This document shows, in pieces, positions 52,098-64,000 of a DNA stretch of 64,000 nucleotides. The stretch spans positions 128,898,001 to 128,962,000 of the forward strand of contig OX597814.1 in assembly GCA_951406725.2 (NCBI GenBank), written 5' to 3'. The stretch comes from Octopus vulgaris (Eukaryota). A model generated the notes under the pieces. It did not search any database, was not told the DNA's origin, and saw nothing but the letters and a program-made list of their open reading frames with translations. A program made the translations under genes and the position numbers. Position 1 is the first letter of the stretch; every line of letters starts with the position of its first letter.

Positions 52098-52406
52098 TTT
52101 TGTTGCCCTTTTCAAGTCTGGCCAGGCTCATGGGGCCCAGTTTCTTGGTTTCTGTGGCATATATGTTCCCCCCGGCTGGACGGACGCCAGTCCATTGCAG
52201 CCTTACTCAAGAAACAAGAAGAGAGAGTGAGAGAAAGTTGTGGTGAAAGAGTACAACAGGGGTCGCCACCACCCCCTGCCAGAGCCTCATGGAGCTTTTA
52301 GATGTTTTCGCTCAATAAACACACACAACGCCCGGTCTGGGAATCGAAACTGTGATCCTCCAACTGTGAGTCTGCTGCCCTAACCACTGGGCCATTGCGC
52401 CTCCAC
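52098..52406 (-). mobile_element. SINE family C
   Basis: Homology to 1411-1732; TSD gttgcaag. Confidence 0.9.
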
Positions 52407-52780
52407 GTTGCAAGTTTTACTTCATAGAAAGTAACGTATTAGATGTTATCAAATCAGGCAACCTTCCATTCTTAGCAAGACTTCATTACTACTGAAGGAT
52501 GAACTCTTCTCTAGATTTTTTTCTACTGCTGTCTCTCTCTAACCAGTCATAGCTCATAGCCATATAGGCCCCACATAGCAGGGGAGATCATCTTGCCATC
52601 TTGTCTCTGGTCAACCTCTTGATTTTGTCCATTAACCTTAGGCCATTCTATCACCCTTCTTTATAGGTGGGAAAAAAATAGCTAATTTATGTTGACAAAA
52701 CAATAACAATTAAAGGAGGATTTTAATTAATGTCTCATCTACCAAACTGAATTCTAATGTTCTTTAATCATTTGTTATTA

Positions 52781-53293
52781 CCGTAAATCCTCGAGTATAG
52801 TCCGCCCTTGAGTATAATACACAGGGGATTTTTAGGGGGCTGTACCTCTGAAAAACCTAAACCTTGTGTATAATATGCACCCCTTCTCTAACTTGAGTCA
52901 AGGAGGTCTATATAACGTCCTTGGTTTGTAAAAATGTATATGGTAACGTCCTTTATTATTATTGTATGTATAACATAATGCAAACGTGTAGCTTATTTGT
53001 GCATTTTGTTTGCAGAAAATACAGAAATAACAGTAATAACATTTAATAAATGTTGCTTAGTGCAAGTTATGGATGATTCTTTTATGGCTTCATTGCTTTC
53101 AGGCTTAGCTTAAGGTATTTTCGTGCCTGACATCACAAAATGCGTCTGAATAAACATTGCCAGACAGCAAATAGAGACTTGGACATTGCTTAGAAAATAT
53201 TTTTCATTTTTAACCTCGTATATAGTACGCATAAGGGATTTTGACCTTTAAATTTTGGGGGAAAAAATGTGGATTATACTCAAGGATTTACGG
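52781..53293. mobile_element. Tc1/mariner-pogo-type MITE, copy 1
   Basis: TIRs ta-ccgtaaatcctcgagtata / tatactcaaggatttacgg; highly similar to 59593-60107. Confidence 0.85.
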
Positions 53294-54131
53294 GATAATT
53301 TCACTAGTTTATGCTAATGAGTTGTAGCCCTGCTAGGATGCAACCATCTTATTGTTCAGCCTGATAGACATATCAAAGGCATTCCAACTGTGACCATTCC
53401 ATTTATTTTTAACTTGGAGTTAATACATACAAAACTGCAATATCCAAAGTGATCTTTATAAAGACAAGATGATTTGAGGGAAATTTTGCAGCTGCTTTTA
53501 ACAAGTCCAGCAACCATGTAGAGGGTCCCTTCATTTGCTTACTCTTTAGTTAATTAAGTCTGTCTGCTATGTTATGTGACTAGAGTATCTGGCTTCTTTG
53601 CCATATTAATGTTGTTCTTTAAATTCAATATATTTGATTCAAGAATAGTAATAAGAAGCATAGCAACAGAGGCCATATTTAGCTGAATCTTCATTCTAGG
53701 ACATTGATTATATATATATATATATATATATAATCTTTTACTTGCTTCCTTCTTTGGACAGCAGCCATGTTGGGGCATCACTTTGAAAGATTTTTGTTGA
53801 ATACATTGACCCCAGTACCTATATTTGCTTTAAAGTCTGGTATTTATTCCACTAGTCTCTTTTGTTGAATTACTAAGTTACAGGGGTGTAAACAAACCAA
53901 TACTAGTTATTGTGTATGTGTGTGTGGGGGGAACAACCAAAAGATACACGCACATATATATGTATATATACAACAGGTTTCCACGTACTTTCTATCTACC
54001 AGTGACAAATGTTATCAAGTGAGGCAACCTTCCATTCTTAGCAAAACTTCATTACTACTGAAGGAGGAACTCTTCCCTAGACATTTTCTACTGCTGTCTC
54101 TCTCTGACCAGTCATAGCACATGGCCATATA

Positions 54132-54865
54132 CAGTCAACTCTCGCTACTATGCCACCCTGCGAGACTGAGCCAAAGTGGCATAGTACCGAGGGTCTGTTA
54201 TCTAAACACTACATAACCAAAAATTTACTGAACATACGAATAAAAATTCATAGGGTAGGAAGTAAGGCCAATAAGAAGTTCAATGCAATGGTAAAAAGAA
54301 GACATCCAAGTTTATTAAGTTCAGATTGCTTTTAATTAATCCCGAAGCTCTCAAAAATTGTCGGCTGACGCATCTTCTTTCGGCGGATTTCATTTATTTC
54401 GTTGTCTAGCCTATCACACGCCTGCATGACGCTGGGTTTTCCGCTGCTCTGCTGCTGCATAAACTTTCGGATAGTGCTCCATGCTCTCTGGGCATCTGCA
54501 AACGAAACGTATTCCTCTTCCACAATTACCTTGTCGTCTTCACTTTCCACTGGCTCTTCGTTATGCATTACCTCCTTTGCTATTTCTTCTAGAGTGAAAG
54601 ATCCTCCAGTTACGAGGCGATCGTCAGCACTGAGAAAATCAAACAGCTCAATTGTTTTGTTCTCATGTGTCTTTTCCTTGTGAGGTAAAGCTTTCTGAGC
54701 TGACATTGTGTGCTACTTTCTGAACTTTTCCACAAGATTACAAATACGAAATGTACAAAATGTAGGAGTACAAAATTTCGAAAAGTTGCGTGCGCTTCAG
54801 TTTACAAGTGGCATAGTAGAGATAGTGGCATAGTAGCGAGGTGGCATAGTAGCGAGAGTTGACTG
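54132..54865 (-). mobile_element. Non-autonomous Tigger/pogo-like DNA transposon (734 bp)
   Basis: TIRs cagtcaactctcgctactatgccacc / ggtggcatagtagcgagagttgactg, TA TSD, empty-site paralog at about 52564, subterminal gtggcatagtag repeats. Confidence 0.9.
54332..54706 (-). pseudogene. C-terminal remnant of Tigger/pogo (TIGD/CENP-B-like) transposase
   Basis: Peptide DFLSADDRL..TLEEIAKEV..acidic stretch..VSFADAQRAW..KMRQPTIFESF resembles pogo-family C-termini; lies inside the TIRs; no DDE domain. Confidence 0.7.
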
Positions 54866-55486
54866 TAGGCCCCAGGTAGCAGGGGAGATCATCTCACCTT
54901 AATGAAATGTGTATTATCCTGTTTTATTATCATTCTACTATAGAAGACACTTGCCTGAGGTACCACACAGTGGGACTGAACCCAATGATATCCGGTTACA
55001 AAGCAGGTTTCTTAACCACAGAACCACACACACACACACACACACATGCATGTATTGAATTAATGAAAGAGTGTCAGTAAGTATGAGTGATTTGCTTGAA
55101 ATAGCAACCTAATCACTTTACCATCACAAAAAGAACTTGTAGTGTGTGTATATTTCACAAGTGGGACATTATTTTACACACTTAAACCAAAATATTGCTT
55201 ACATCAATCATGTACTTCCAGCTGATTCAATTAGTTCTTACTTTCAGGTTTAATCTTTCTATTACCCCATTAACCAATTTGTTCATTCATTTTTTTTTTC
55301 AGACACATATTTGAGACAGAGTTAGTTTCTATTTCTAGCAGGTTAAGTAACTACATAGAGGTGTCCTCATTCATTTGAAGTAATTGCTGTGTAGCTCTCA
55401 GCCAGCTCTGATCTAAAAGGTGTTTTCAAATATATTGTATCTATTGAGTAAATTATCCAGTATGTCCTTTTTAAAAACACAAGGAT

Positions 55487-56058
55487 GTCCTTGTTTGTCC
55501 CCTCTGTGTGTAACCCCTTGAGGGCAATAAAGAAATAAGAAACATTAGCACACCAGGCGAAATGCTTAGCGGTGCAATTTGAGATAGATCTGGCTGCGAT
55601 TTCTTATTTCTTTACTGCCCACAAGGGGCTAAACACAGAGAGGACAAACAAGGACAGACAAAGGGATTAAGTTGATTACATCGACCCCAGTGCATAACTG
55701 GCACTTAATTTATCAACACCGTAAGGATGAAAGGCAAAGTCGACCTCGGCGGAATTTGAACTCAGAACGTAATGGCAGACGAAATACTGCTAAGCATTTC
55801 ACCCGGTGTGCTAACGGTTCTTATTTCTTTATTGCCCACAAGGGGCTAAACACAGAGGGGACAAACAAGGACAGACAAACGGATTAAGTTGATTACATCG
55901 ACCCCAGTGTGTAACTGGTATTTATTTATTTAATCGATCCCGAAAGGATGAAAGGCAAAGTGGATCTTGGTGGAATTTGAACTTAGAACATAACGGCAGA
56001 CAAGATACGCTAAGCATTTCGCTCGGCATGCTAATGTTTCTGCCAGCTTGCCGCCTTA
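55487..56058 (-). mobile_element. SINE family B dimer (55600-56058) preceded by an inverted junction fragment (55487-55573)
   Basis: Two tandem units on the minus strand; a short plus-strand piece spans a tail-head junction. Confidence 0.8.
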
Positions 56059-57229
56059 CATGAATGTACACGTGTGTATATATACACATATAAATCTGCA
56101 CTTATGTGTGCATGTATGTATACACACACGTGTTTGTATGTACATACATATATGTATCTATTAAATAGGATACTTTTTTGTTGTTTTAATTGTCAATTAA
56201 AATTCTCTTATTCTCTTGAATCTTAGAATAGTTGACAGCGTACCAATTATGATATGCTGTGAGAAGATACATCCCTCTCTTAAGCAAGTCTGTCAAAACA
56301 AAACAGACTAAAAAAACAAAGGATGTAAAGTATGTAAGATATACCACACCATCACACCCTTGACCTTTGACACCACCATTAACACCAACAACCACTTGTA
56401 GAACCCACCACTCCACTACACACACTCCCTACCATTCCTCTACTCCACTCCCCAAACACCCCACTATTAATATCCTATCACTGACCACTAACAGCCCTCC
56501 CACTACACTGTCACTGTACTCTCACCACCACTCCACCATTAACACTAGCCAAATATTATTTTCCTTAACCAACAAAACCGCTGAGAGTTTCTAAGTGCCA
56601 AATGATTGTTAGGTAATCATTGTCTCACTTATGTTGTTAGAGCTAATTGGCATTAGAAATAGTGGTTTTTTTCGTTAAGGTCTCTCAAGTCAAGCTGTTT
56701 CCTGCTAATACAATAGCTAGAATGGTGACCTGTTTATGATGGTCCCTTTTATTTTGCTTTCATTTTCATAGAACTTCTTCACTGTCATTTCAGACACAGG
56801 TGCTATAAGATCAGGTCAATAAAATACCAGTCAGATACTGAACGAGGGTGGAGGGTGGGTCAATGCTATTGACCAACCTCCCACTCTTCAAAACTGTTGA
56901 CCTTGTGCCTATGTTAGAGACAGTCATATTTAAGGCAGTGGACTGGCAAACTTGTTATAGCTTTGAACAAAAGGTGAACTTTGCTTTTCCTCCTTTAGGG
57001 TTTGATGAAATAAAATACCAGTTAGTCTACTGGGGTTGATGGTATTTATGAGGTCCATTCCAAAAGTTTTGAGACTTTTCTTAGGAGATCCAGTTATTAC
57101 TGTCTTAGATTATTGTAATTTTAGTATATTACTATACATCTAATAAGCTGACCCACCAACTTTTGTTATTCCAGACTGAAGATGAACACACCCTATCAAA
57201 CACTTTTTGTCACTGCTGACTTGTTTCTA

Positions 57230-57782
57230 TTGGGTTGTCCGGAAAGTTCGTGCCAATTTATAGTAGCTTACCTTTTGATTTATTTTAGAACATGGTTCAG
57301 TCCATAAAATAGGATTTGACTACACCTCCATTTAGAACACAGTTTAAGCTATCTTTTCGTGGAAGAAGGTTTATGTTCCTATAACCTGTGTTAATTCTGT
57401 AACCCTTTAAAATGGAAGATAAGGAAGTTCATTTTCAGCACTTGATGCTTTGGGAACCAGACAAAAATTGTGGCAGCTCGGCTGTGATGTGTTACTCCAC
57501 CCTCCTTATTCACCAGATATTGCTCCTTCGGATTTCCACTTATTCAGGTCTCTGTAGAATAGTCTTAATGGTAAAAATTTCAATTCCTTGGATGACGTAA
57601 AAAGATACCTTGATGAACTCTTTGCAATAAAACCACCTCAGTTCTGGGAAGAGGGTATTTTCAAGTTAAAGGAAAGATGGAGACGCATTGTGCAACAAAA
57701 TGGTTCATTTTTGGTTGATTAAAAATGTAATGGCAAGTATTTATTGAGCTTTTTCTTTCCTTTAAAAATTGGCACAACCTAA
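57230..57782 (+). mobile_element. Internally deleted mariner (second family) nested in the first
   Basis: TA-flanked ttgggttgtccggaaagttcgtgcc...ggcacaacctaa. N-terminus MEDKEVHFQHLMLWE is joined to C-terminus HPPYSPDIAPSDFHLFRSL*...FWEEGIFKLKERWRRIVQQNG. Confidence 0.88.
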
Positions 57783-57822
57783 TAGAATGCATTCAGAACG
57801 TTTCGAAGCTTGTAATGCCATA

Positions 57823-58193
57823 ATTATTACCTCTGCATTAGTGAAGACTGAAGTATTGTTTTCTGTCATGTTTGTGTGTTTGTCCGTGGATAAAACATCT
57901 CAAGAACCACTGGATGGATGATTCAGATGAAACTTTCAGGAATGTTTGGCCTCATGACTCTCACAAACTGATTAGATTTTGGGATCAATCCAATACTGGA
58001 CAAAGATTCTGGATTACTTTTCCTGTTTTTTATTAAATTTTTGAGAGCTGTTGGGTTCATTTTTAGTATTCTCATTTGTGAGAACAATTGAGTTTATTTC
58101 AGATATTTTCATTTTAAAAATCATCTCTGGCTAATCGTTGAGAGGATGTTGGTGTTGCCTTGGTGGAGGTTTGCACTCTCTGAGTGCTCTTGT
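57823..58193 (+). mobile_element. Helentron-associated non-autonomous element (HINE-like)
   Basis: 5' ttattacctctgc, a gtttgt microsatellite, and 3' ggtggaggt followed by the hairpin gcactctctgagtgc. It interrupts the mariner coding remnant. Confidence 0.6.
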
Positions 58194-58464
58194 ATTGTGT
58201 GTTAAACTGGCCAAAACACTACAGAAACTTATGAAATATTCCAGACTGCTTAATGATAAACATTCTTGCTGGCACAAGAGGTTCAAGGATGGTAGAGAGG
58301 AGGTGAGAGATAATAAGAAGTGTGGGAGGGAGAGGGATGTCAGAACTTCAAAGCTGGTTGGGGAAATTCACAATTTTCTGGATGGAGACTGTTGTGTGTC
58401 TGTGAAGACAAGAATCAGACAGTTTGGAGTTGCTGTGGACACAGAATTATTCATAACGCACATA

Positions 58465-58890
58465 AGGTGCAGGAGTGGCTGTGTGGTAAGTAGCTTGTTT
58501 ACCAACCACATGGTTCCAGGTTCATTCCCACTGTGTGGCACCTTGGGCAAGTGTCTTCTACTATAGCCTCGGGTCGACCAAAGCCTTGTTAGTAGATTTA
58601 GTAGACGGAAGCTGAAGAAAGCCCATCGTATATATGTTATATATGTATGTATATATATATATATGTGTGTGTATATGTTTTTGTGTCTGTGTTCGTCCCC
58701 CCCCCCCCCAACATCGCTTGACAACCAATGGTGGTGTGTTTATGTCCCTGTAACTTAGCGGTTTGGCAAAAGAGATTGCTAGAATAAGTACTAGGCTTAC
58801 AAAGAATAAGTCCTGGGATCGATTTACTTGACTAAAAGGCGGTGCTCCAGCATGGCCGCAGTCAAAATTACTGAAATGAGTAAAAGAGTA
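58465..58890 (+). mobile_element. SINE family A nested in the mariner remnant
   Basis: Full-length homology; short flanking repeat taacg. Confidence 0.9.
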
Positions 58891-59395
58891 ACGATTTGAA
58901 CATGTGTAAAATTCGTGCAAAGTTTGTTCCTAGGGTGCTCAGTGACATCAATCCTGGTAACCAACTACTTGATAGAGACGGACATCAAAACTACCCTCAT
59001 CCTTCTTATAGTCTAGACCTTACTCTCTATGACTCTTCAATGTTTCCCAAGCTAAAGAAGAAACCAAGAGACAGTCATTTTGAAGACAGAGGCTGTGAGA
59101 TGGGTCCTGGACACCTTCACTTTGGAGGACTTCCATAGGGCCTTCACAGAGTGGCGGCTGGAGTGCTACAACAAATGCAGTGAAGTCAGAGGATTTTCCT
59201 TTGAAGGAGATTAAAGTTTTGTACTTTGAAATTAATAAATGTTTCTTCTAGAACTTCTGGAATGCACTTTGTAGTACAACAAAACTACTGATCTTGTGTC
59301 TAAATCAGAAATCACTGAGTCAAATCAAGCTCTCCTACTGGTACCATTTAACTCTGTACAACCTGTATGATTCGGTGGCCAGTGACTACCTCCAC

Positions 59396-59428
<33 letters not shown>

Positions 59429-59592
59429 TGCTGGATGAGGAAGATGTATAGGTACTCTGCAGAACTAAAAAATAAAATGTGCCAGAGAAAAGAAATAGCT
59501 TTCACATAGAAACCAATGACTAACCATTCCTGGAGAGGAGACAGGAATCCTCATATTATCTGCCTATTACCATACATCAACAGTCCATATTA

Positions 59593-60107
59593 CCGTAAAT
59601 CCTCGAGTATAGTCTGCCCTTGAGTATTATATGCAGGGGATTTTTGGGGGGTGGGGGGTACCTCTGAAAAACCTAAACCTTGTGTATAATACGCACCCCT
59701 TCTCTAACTTGAGTAAAGGAGGTTATTATAATGTTCTTGGTTTGTAAAAATGTATACGGTAATGTCCTTTATTATTATTGTATATATAATATAATGCAAA
59801 CGTATAGCTTTTTTGTGCATTTTGTTTGCAGAAAATAATGAAATAACAGTAATAACGTTTAATAAATGTTGCTTACTGCAAGTTATGGACGATTCTTTTA
59901 TGACTTCATTGCTTTCAGGCTTAGCTTAAGGTGTTTTCGTGCCTGACATCATAAAATGCATCTGAATAAACATTGCTGGACAGCAAATAGAGACTCGGAC
60001 ATTGCTTAGAAAATATTTTTCATTTCTAACCTCGTATATAGTATGCACTAGGGATTTTGAACTTTATATTTTGGAAAAAAATGTGGATTATACTTGAGGA
60101 TTTATGG
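59593..60107. mobile_element. Tc1/mariner-pogo-type MITE, copy 2
   Basis: Same TIRs with TA on both sides; full-length similarity to 52781-53293. Confidence 0.85.
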
Positions 60108-60312
60108 TATACTTATCATAGTAAACAGCCTCAGCCTTTTTATGCCTATAAACTGATCACACAAGATAGCCAACCAATAATTTTGTTGCTGTTCAGCAGG
60201 ATTACAGTCATTCCAGCAGTGACCATAGCTTATTTCAGACATAGCAATTCTATGACTGCATTATTCAAAATATTCTTCTCTTTTAAAATTTAGGTTACAG
60301 ATAAACAATTAA

Positions 60313-60743
60313 CCTTTTCGTTACCAACCTGGCTGAAATTGGCTCTGGTTCTGTAGTTCAAATGTCTTGTTTTCATAAATCTTCCACCAAACCTTAGTTA
60401 TCATTAAGCTAGTGTTAGGAACATAAATTGTGACTGTTACTTTTTTAAAATTCATTGTTATATTTAAAATAGTTGAAAGAGACACAGAGCATCTCAAAAT
60501 AAATTCAGTAACAAAAGGGTTAACCCTTTCATTACTGTATTTATTTTGAGATGCTCTGTATTTCTTTCAATTACTTTAAATATAACAAAGAATTTAGTAA
60601 AATAACTTAGTTATCATTAAGCTAGTGTTAGGAACATAAATTGTGACTAAGGTTTGCTGGGAGATTTTAATTCAAAACTTATGAAAACAAGACATTTGTA
60701 CTCAGACCCAGAGCCGGTTTCAGCCGGGTTGGTAACGAAAGGG
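60313..60743. mobile_element. Two piggyBac-type MITEs in inverted orientation sharing one TTAA (60520-60523)
   Basis: 60313-60519 and 60524-60743, each bounded by TTAA and cc(c)ttt/aaaggg. Confidence 0.85.
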
Positions 60744-61277
60744 TTAAACTCTTTATTGGCTGCGACTACAGTTTCCATAATATTCATTTTAGCATAGAAT
60801 GGGGTAACATGAAATAAAAAAAAAACCTTGCTCAAGCATACAACACACTGCCAAGCCCAGGAACTGGCCACACACATTCCCTGCACAAAATACACACATA
60901 CATATGCATTGGTTTTGGGATGGTAAAAAAAAATGGATGTAACAAATGAAATTAAGTTGTAGTATTCAAATTTATGATAATGATCTGTTGACATTGTCCT
61001 TTTCTGATGCTGATGAAACAAATATCAGACAATGAAGTATAGGTCTGTATAATGAACTAAAACGTTTGAAGTAAGTGCTCCAACATGGCTACAGTATAGC
61101 GACTAAAGATCATACATACATAAATAATATACACATACAGAACAAAATACACATACATAAATAAAAGAAATAATATACACATACAGAATAAAACATACAT
61201 ACATACTCATATGCACATGCACACACACACACATAAATATCTCATCTTTTTTTAACCAGATTTTGATTATAATCCAT

Positions 61278-61369
61278 TATATAGATATGTGTGTGTATAT
61301 ATGTGTGTGTGTGTGTGTGTGTATATATGTATATATATATATATATATATGTGTGTATATATATATATA

Positions 61370-61424
<55 letters not shown>

Positions 61425-61443
61425 ATATATATATGTGTGTGTG

Positions 61444-61474
<31 letters not shown>

Positions 61475-61523
61475 ATATATATATGTGTGTGTGTATATAT
61501 GTGTGTGTATATATATGTGTGTG

Positions 61524-61622
<99 letters not shown>

Positions 61623-61707
61623 GTGTATATATATGTGTGTGTGTGTGTATATATATACGTGTGTGTGTATATATATGTGTGTGTGTGTGTGTGTGTATAT
61701 ATATGTA
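61278..61707. repeat. Compound (TG)n/(TA)n microsatellite, about 430 bp
   Basis: Almost pure alternating purine-pyrimidine sequence. Confidence 0.97.
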
Positions 61708-62150
61708 CAGTATTTAGCTAGCTGCAATAATGACTGATAAAAATCATTAAACTGGTCTGATTGTCTGACTATTTTCCAGTATAATCACTAGAAATTATAA
61801 TATCCTTGCAAATCTATAAGATGTTAATAATTTTCTGGATGATTTCTACAGTGATCACTAAAATTCAGTGTCCCTTTGGATAAATGAAAATTATCAAGTC
61901 TTCTTCACTGATGATAAGAATGCAAATTACAGCTCTGTTGCATGGAACAAGCTATTAACAATCATTTCGTTCGTTAAACATGGGTTCTTTTGATACAGCC
62001 ATCTTAATGACTGCTTCGTAGAAAGTAACACCCATTATTTTGATTATTGCAAATCTCTGACACTATGTTGCTAGGTACAATAAATAAAATTCCTCATAAA
62101 TTTAATTTCAGAATATTTAAGGTAGAACCTTAATGACTTGCTCTTTCTAT

Positions 62151-62322
62151 AGGCGTAGGAGTGGCTGTGTGGTAAGTAGCTTGCTTACGAACCACATGGT
62201 TCCAGGTTCAGTCCCACTGCGTGGCATCTTGGGCAAGTGTCTTCTACTATAACCTTGGGACGACCAAAGCCCTGTGAGTGGGCTTGGTAGATGGAAACTG
62301 AAAGAAGCCTATTGTATATATG

Positions 62323-62354
<32 letters not shown>

Positions 62355-62591
62355 ATATGTATGTGTGTGTGTGTATACGTTTGTGTGTCTGTGTTTTTCT
62401 CTCCAACATCACTTGACAACTGATGCTGGTGTGTTTACGTCCCCGTAACTTAGCGGTTCAGCAAAAGAGACCGATAGAATAAGTACTAGGCTTACAAAGA
62501 ATAAGTCCTGGGGTCGATTTGCTCAACTAAAGATTATGCTCCAGCATGGCCACTGTCAAATGACTGAAACAAGTAAAAGAGAAAAGAGAGT
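62151..62591 (+). mobile_element. SINE family A
   Basis: Full-length homology to family A. Confidence 0.9.
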
Positions 62592-63234
62592 AAGGTGGTC
62601 ATTTGTTTCTAGCTCTAAGTCAGCCCTTGGTTGAGCAGACCTATATAATCAAAGGTATTCCAGCTGTGACCATCACATCTTTGTTTTCTTTGTCATAGAA
62701 TAACCTGGATTATATTATCCAATGTGTTCTTACTTTTTTATATAAGATCATAGTCTGATATGAGAGATTTGGCTACTATTTCTAGCAAGTTCAAAGATCA
62801 CGTAAACTTTTATAATCAGTCATTCCAGCCATGATCACCACATTTTTTTAAAATTTGGCTTAGTGTACTCTGGACCGTATTATCCTATGTGTTCTTTGTA
62901 TGTTTTTATATGATGAGATGTGATCTGAGAGAGATTTGGTAGTTATTTCTAGCAGGTTGAATGACCTGACCACATAGCTGCTTTCTTCTTGGTCCAGTAA
63001 GAAGCAAGGTGCAAGTAAACTCTCTTGCTTATTGGATAATATGAATTGATGTAGAGTTGAAGACTGGTGAACTCTGTATTCTGAAATTACTAAAAAAAGT
63101 ATAGCAGGAAAATATAAATATCGTATTTGCTATGTATAATGGTATGTTTCTGATAAATTCAACCGTGGAAGACGCTTGTACATACTAGCATGAAGAGATA
63201 AACAATAGTACATGGCTACACAAAAATACATAAT

Positions 63235-63273
<39 letters not shown>

Positions 63274-63632
63274 GCCTCTTTATACACACATATTGTAATT
63301 ATATATATATATATATATATGCATAATCGGTAAACGGTGGAATATACCTCATGAACTGGTATACCTATCTAGCAGATATGAATTTCTAAAAAATGTAAGA
63401 TAAACCAAATGCTGTGTGCCAAGAATTTCCAGACTCATCTGTCTGGCACTTTGACCTGAGAATTTGTATCTCTCCACCCACCCACCTATTTACCAAAATT
63501 TCAAGGATTGTTATTTTTATTATGAAAAAGAATAACCGAATTAGTAGAGCAGAGAGCAATTTTTATTTTGTTTTTTGTTTTTCTTTGGTATTTATTTAAG
63601 TCACTTTATGATCTGAGTTCAAATTACGTTGC

Positions 63633-63779
63633 CGTAACTTAGCAGTTCAGTATAAGAGACTGATAGAATAAGTACTAGGCTTACAAAAATTAAGTGCTGG
63701 CGTCAATTTGCTCAACTAAAAGGCGGTGCTCCAGCATGACCTCAGTCAAATGACTGAAACAAATAAAAGAGTAAAAGAG
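63633..63779 (+). mobile_element. SINE family A, 3' half only
   Basis: cgtaacttagcagttc...taaaagagtaaaagag. Confidence 0.8.
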
Positions 63780-64000
63780 ATATGAAATTGTGACCATGTA
63801 AATTTTGAAATGTAATTTTTTCTGCTCATGGGGAAAATGGAAAAATAAGAGTGAATATTTATTTTATGAGTGTTGTGTATTAAGTCTATAAAATTGTGCA
63901 TAAAGTATATAAAGTGCATTAAGTATACCAATTTCCTTCACTTTTTAATAAATAGCAGATGAACAACTACCTTTTGATACAAACACAACACAGGTTGTGC

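Larger units (their letters stand above)
57049..59271 (+). mobile_element. Decayed mariner element hosting three nested insertions
   Basis: Degenerate TIRs ta-tgaggtccattccaaaagtt / aacttctggaatgcactttg-ta. Transposase fragments CVKLAKT, WHKRFKDGREEVRDN, AKFVPRVLSD (WVPxxL motif), PHPSYSLDLTLYD..FPKLKK (YSPDL motif). Confidence 0.75.

Noticed and set aside
61242-61737. Four ORFs of 142-161 aa
   Set aside because: Pure dinucleotide repeat with no stop codons.

Overview
AT-rich, repeat-dominated eukaryotic DNA with no prokaryotic-style genes. The SINE, LINE and microsatellite content resembles an Octopus (coleoid cephalopod) genome; this is an inference from repeat families, not verified. The only long real ORF (17761-20868) belongs to a young, near-intact RTE-clade LINE with APE endonuclease, RT and an inserted PHD-type C4HC3 finger. 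The rest is three tRNA-derived SINE families, piggyBac-, Tigger- and mariner-type MITEs and remnants, Helitron/Helentron fragments, old RTE fragments and microsatellites; most six-frame ORFs are repeat artefacts. Less ordinary signals: (1) unrelated elements inserted in (TA)n tracts that carry long fold-back arms and hammerhead-ribozyme-like motifs (Penelope/retrozyme-like; best at 49567-50405); (2) a patchwork of locally templated copies around the LINE, plus two other short duplications copied from about 1.1-1.6 kb away; (3) multimeric SINEs with a fixed junction that insert at the same site in another SINE; (4) weak evidence for two minus-strand host exons and a decayed DEAD-box retrocopy. 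All alignments were done by eye, and SINE ends are approximate.
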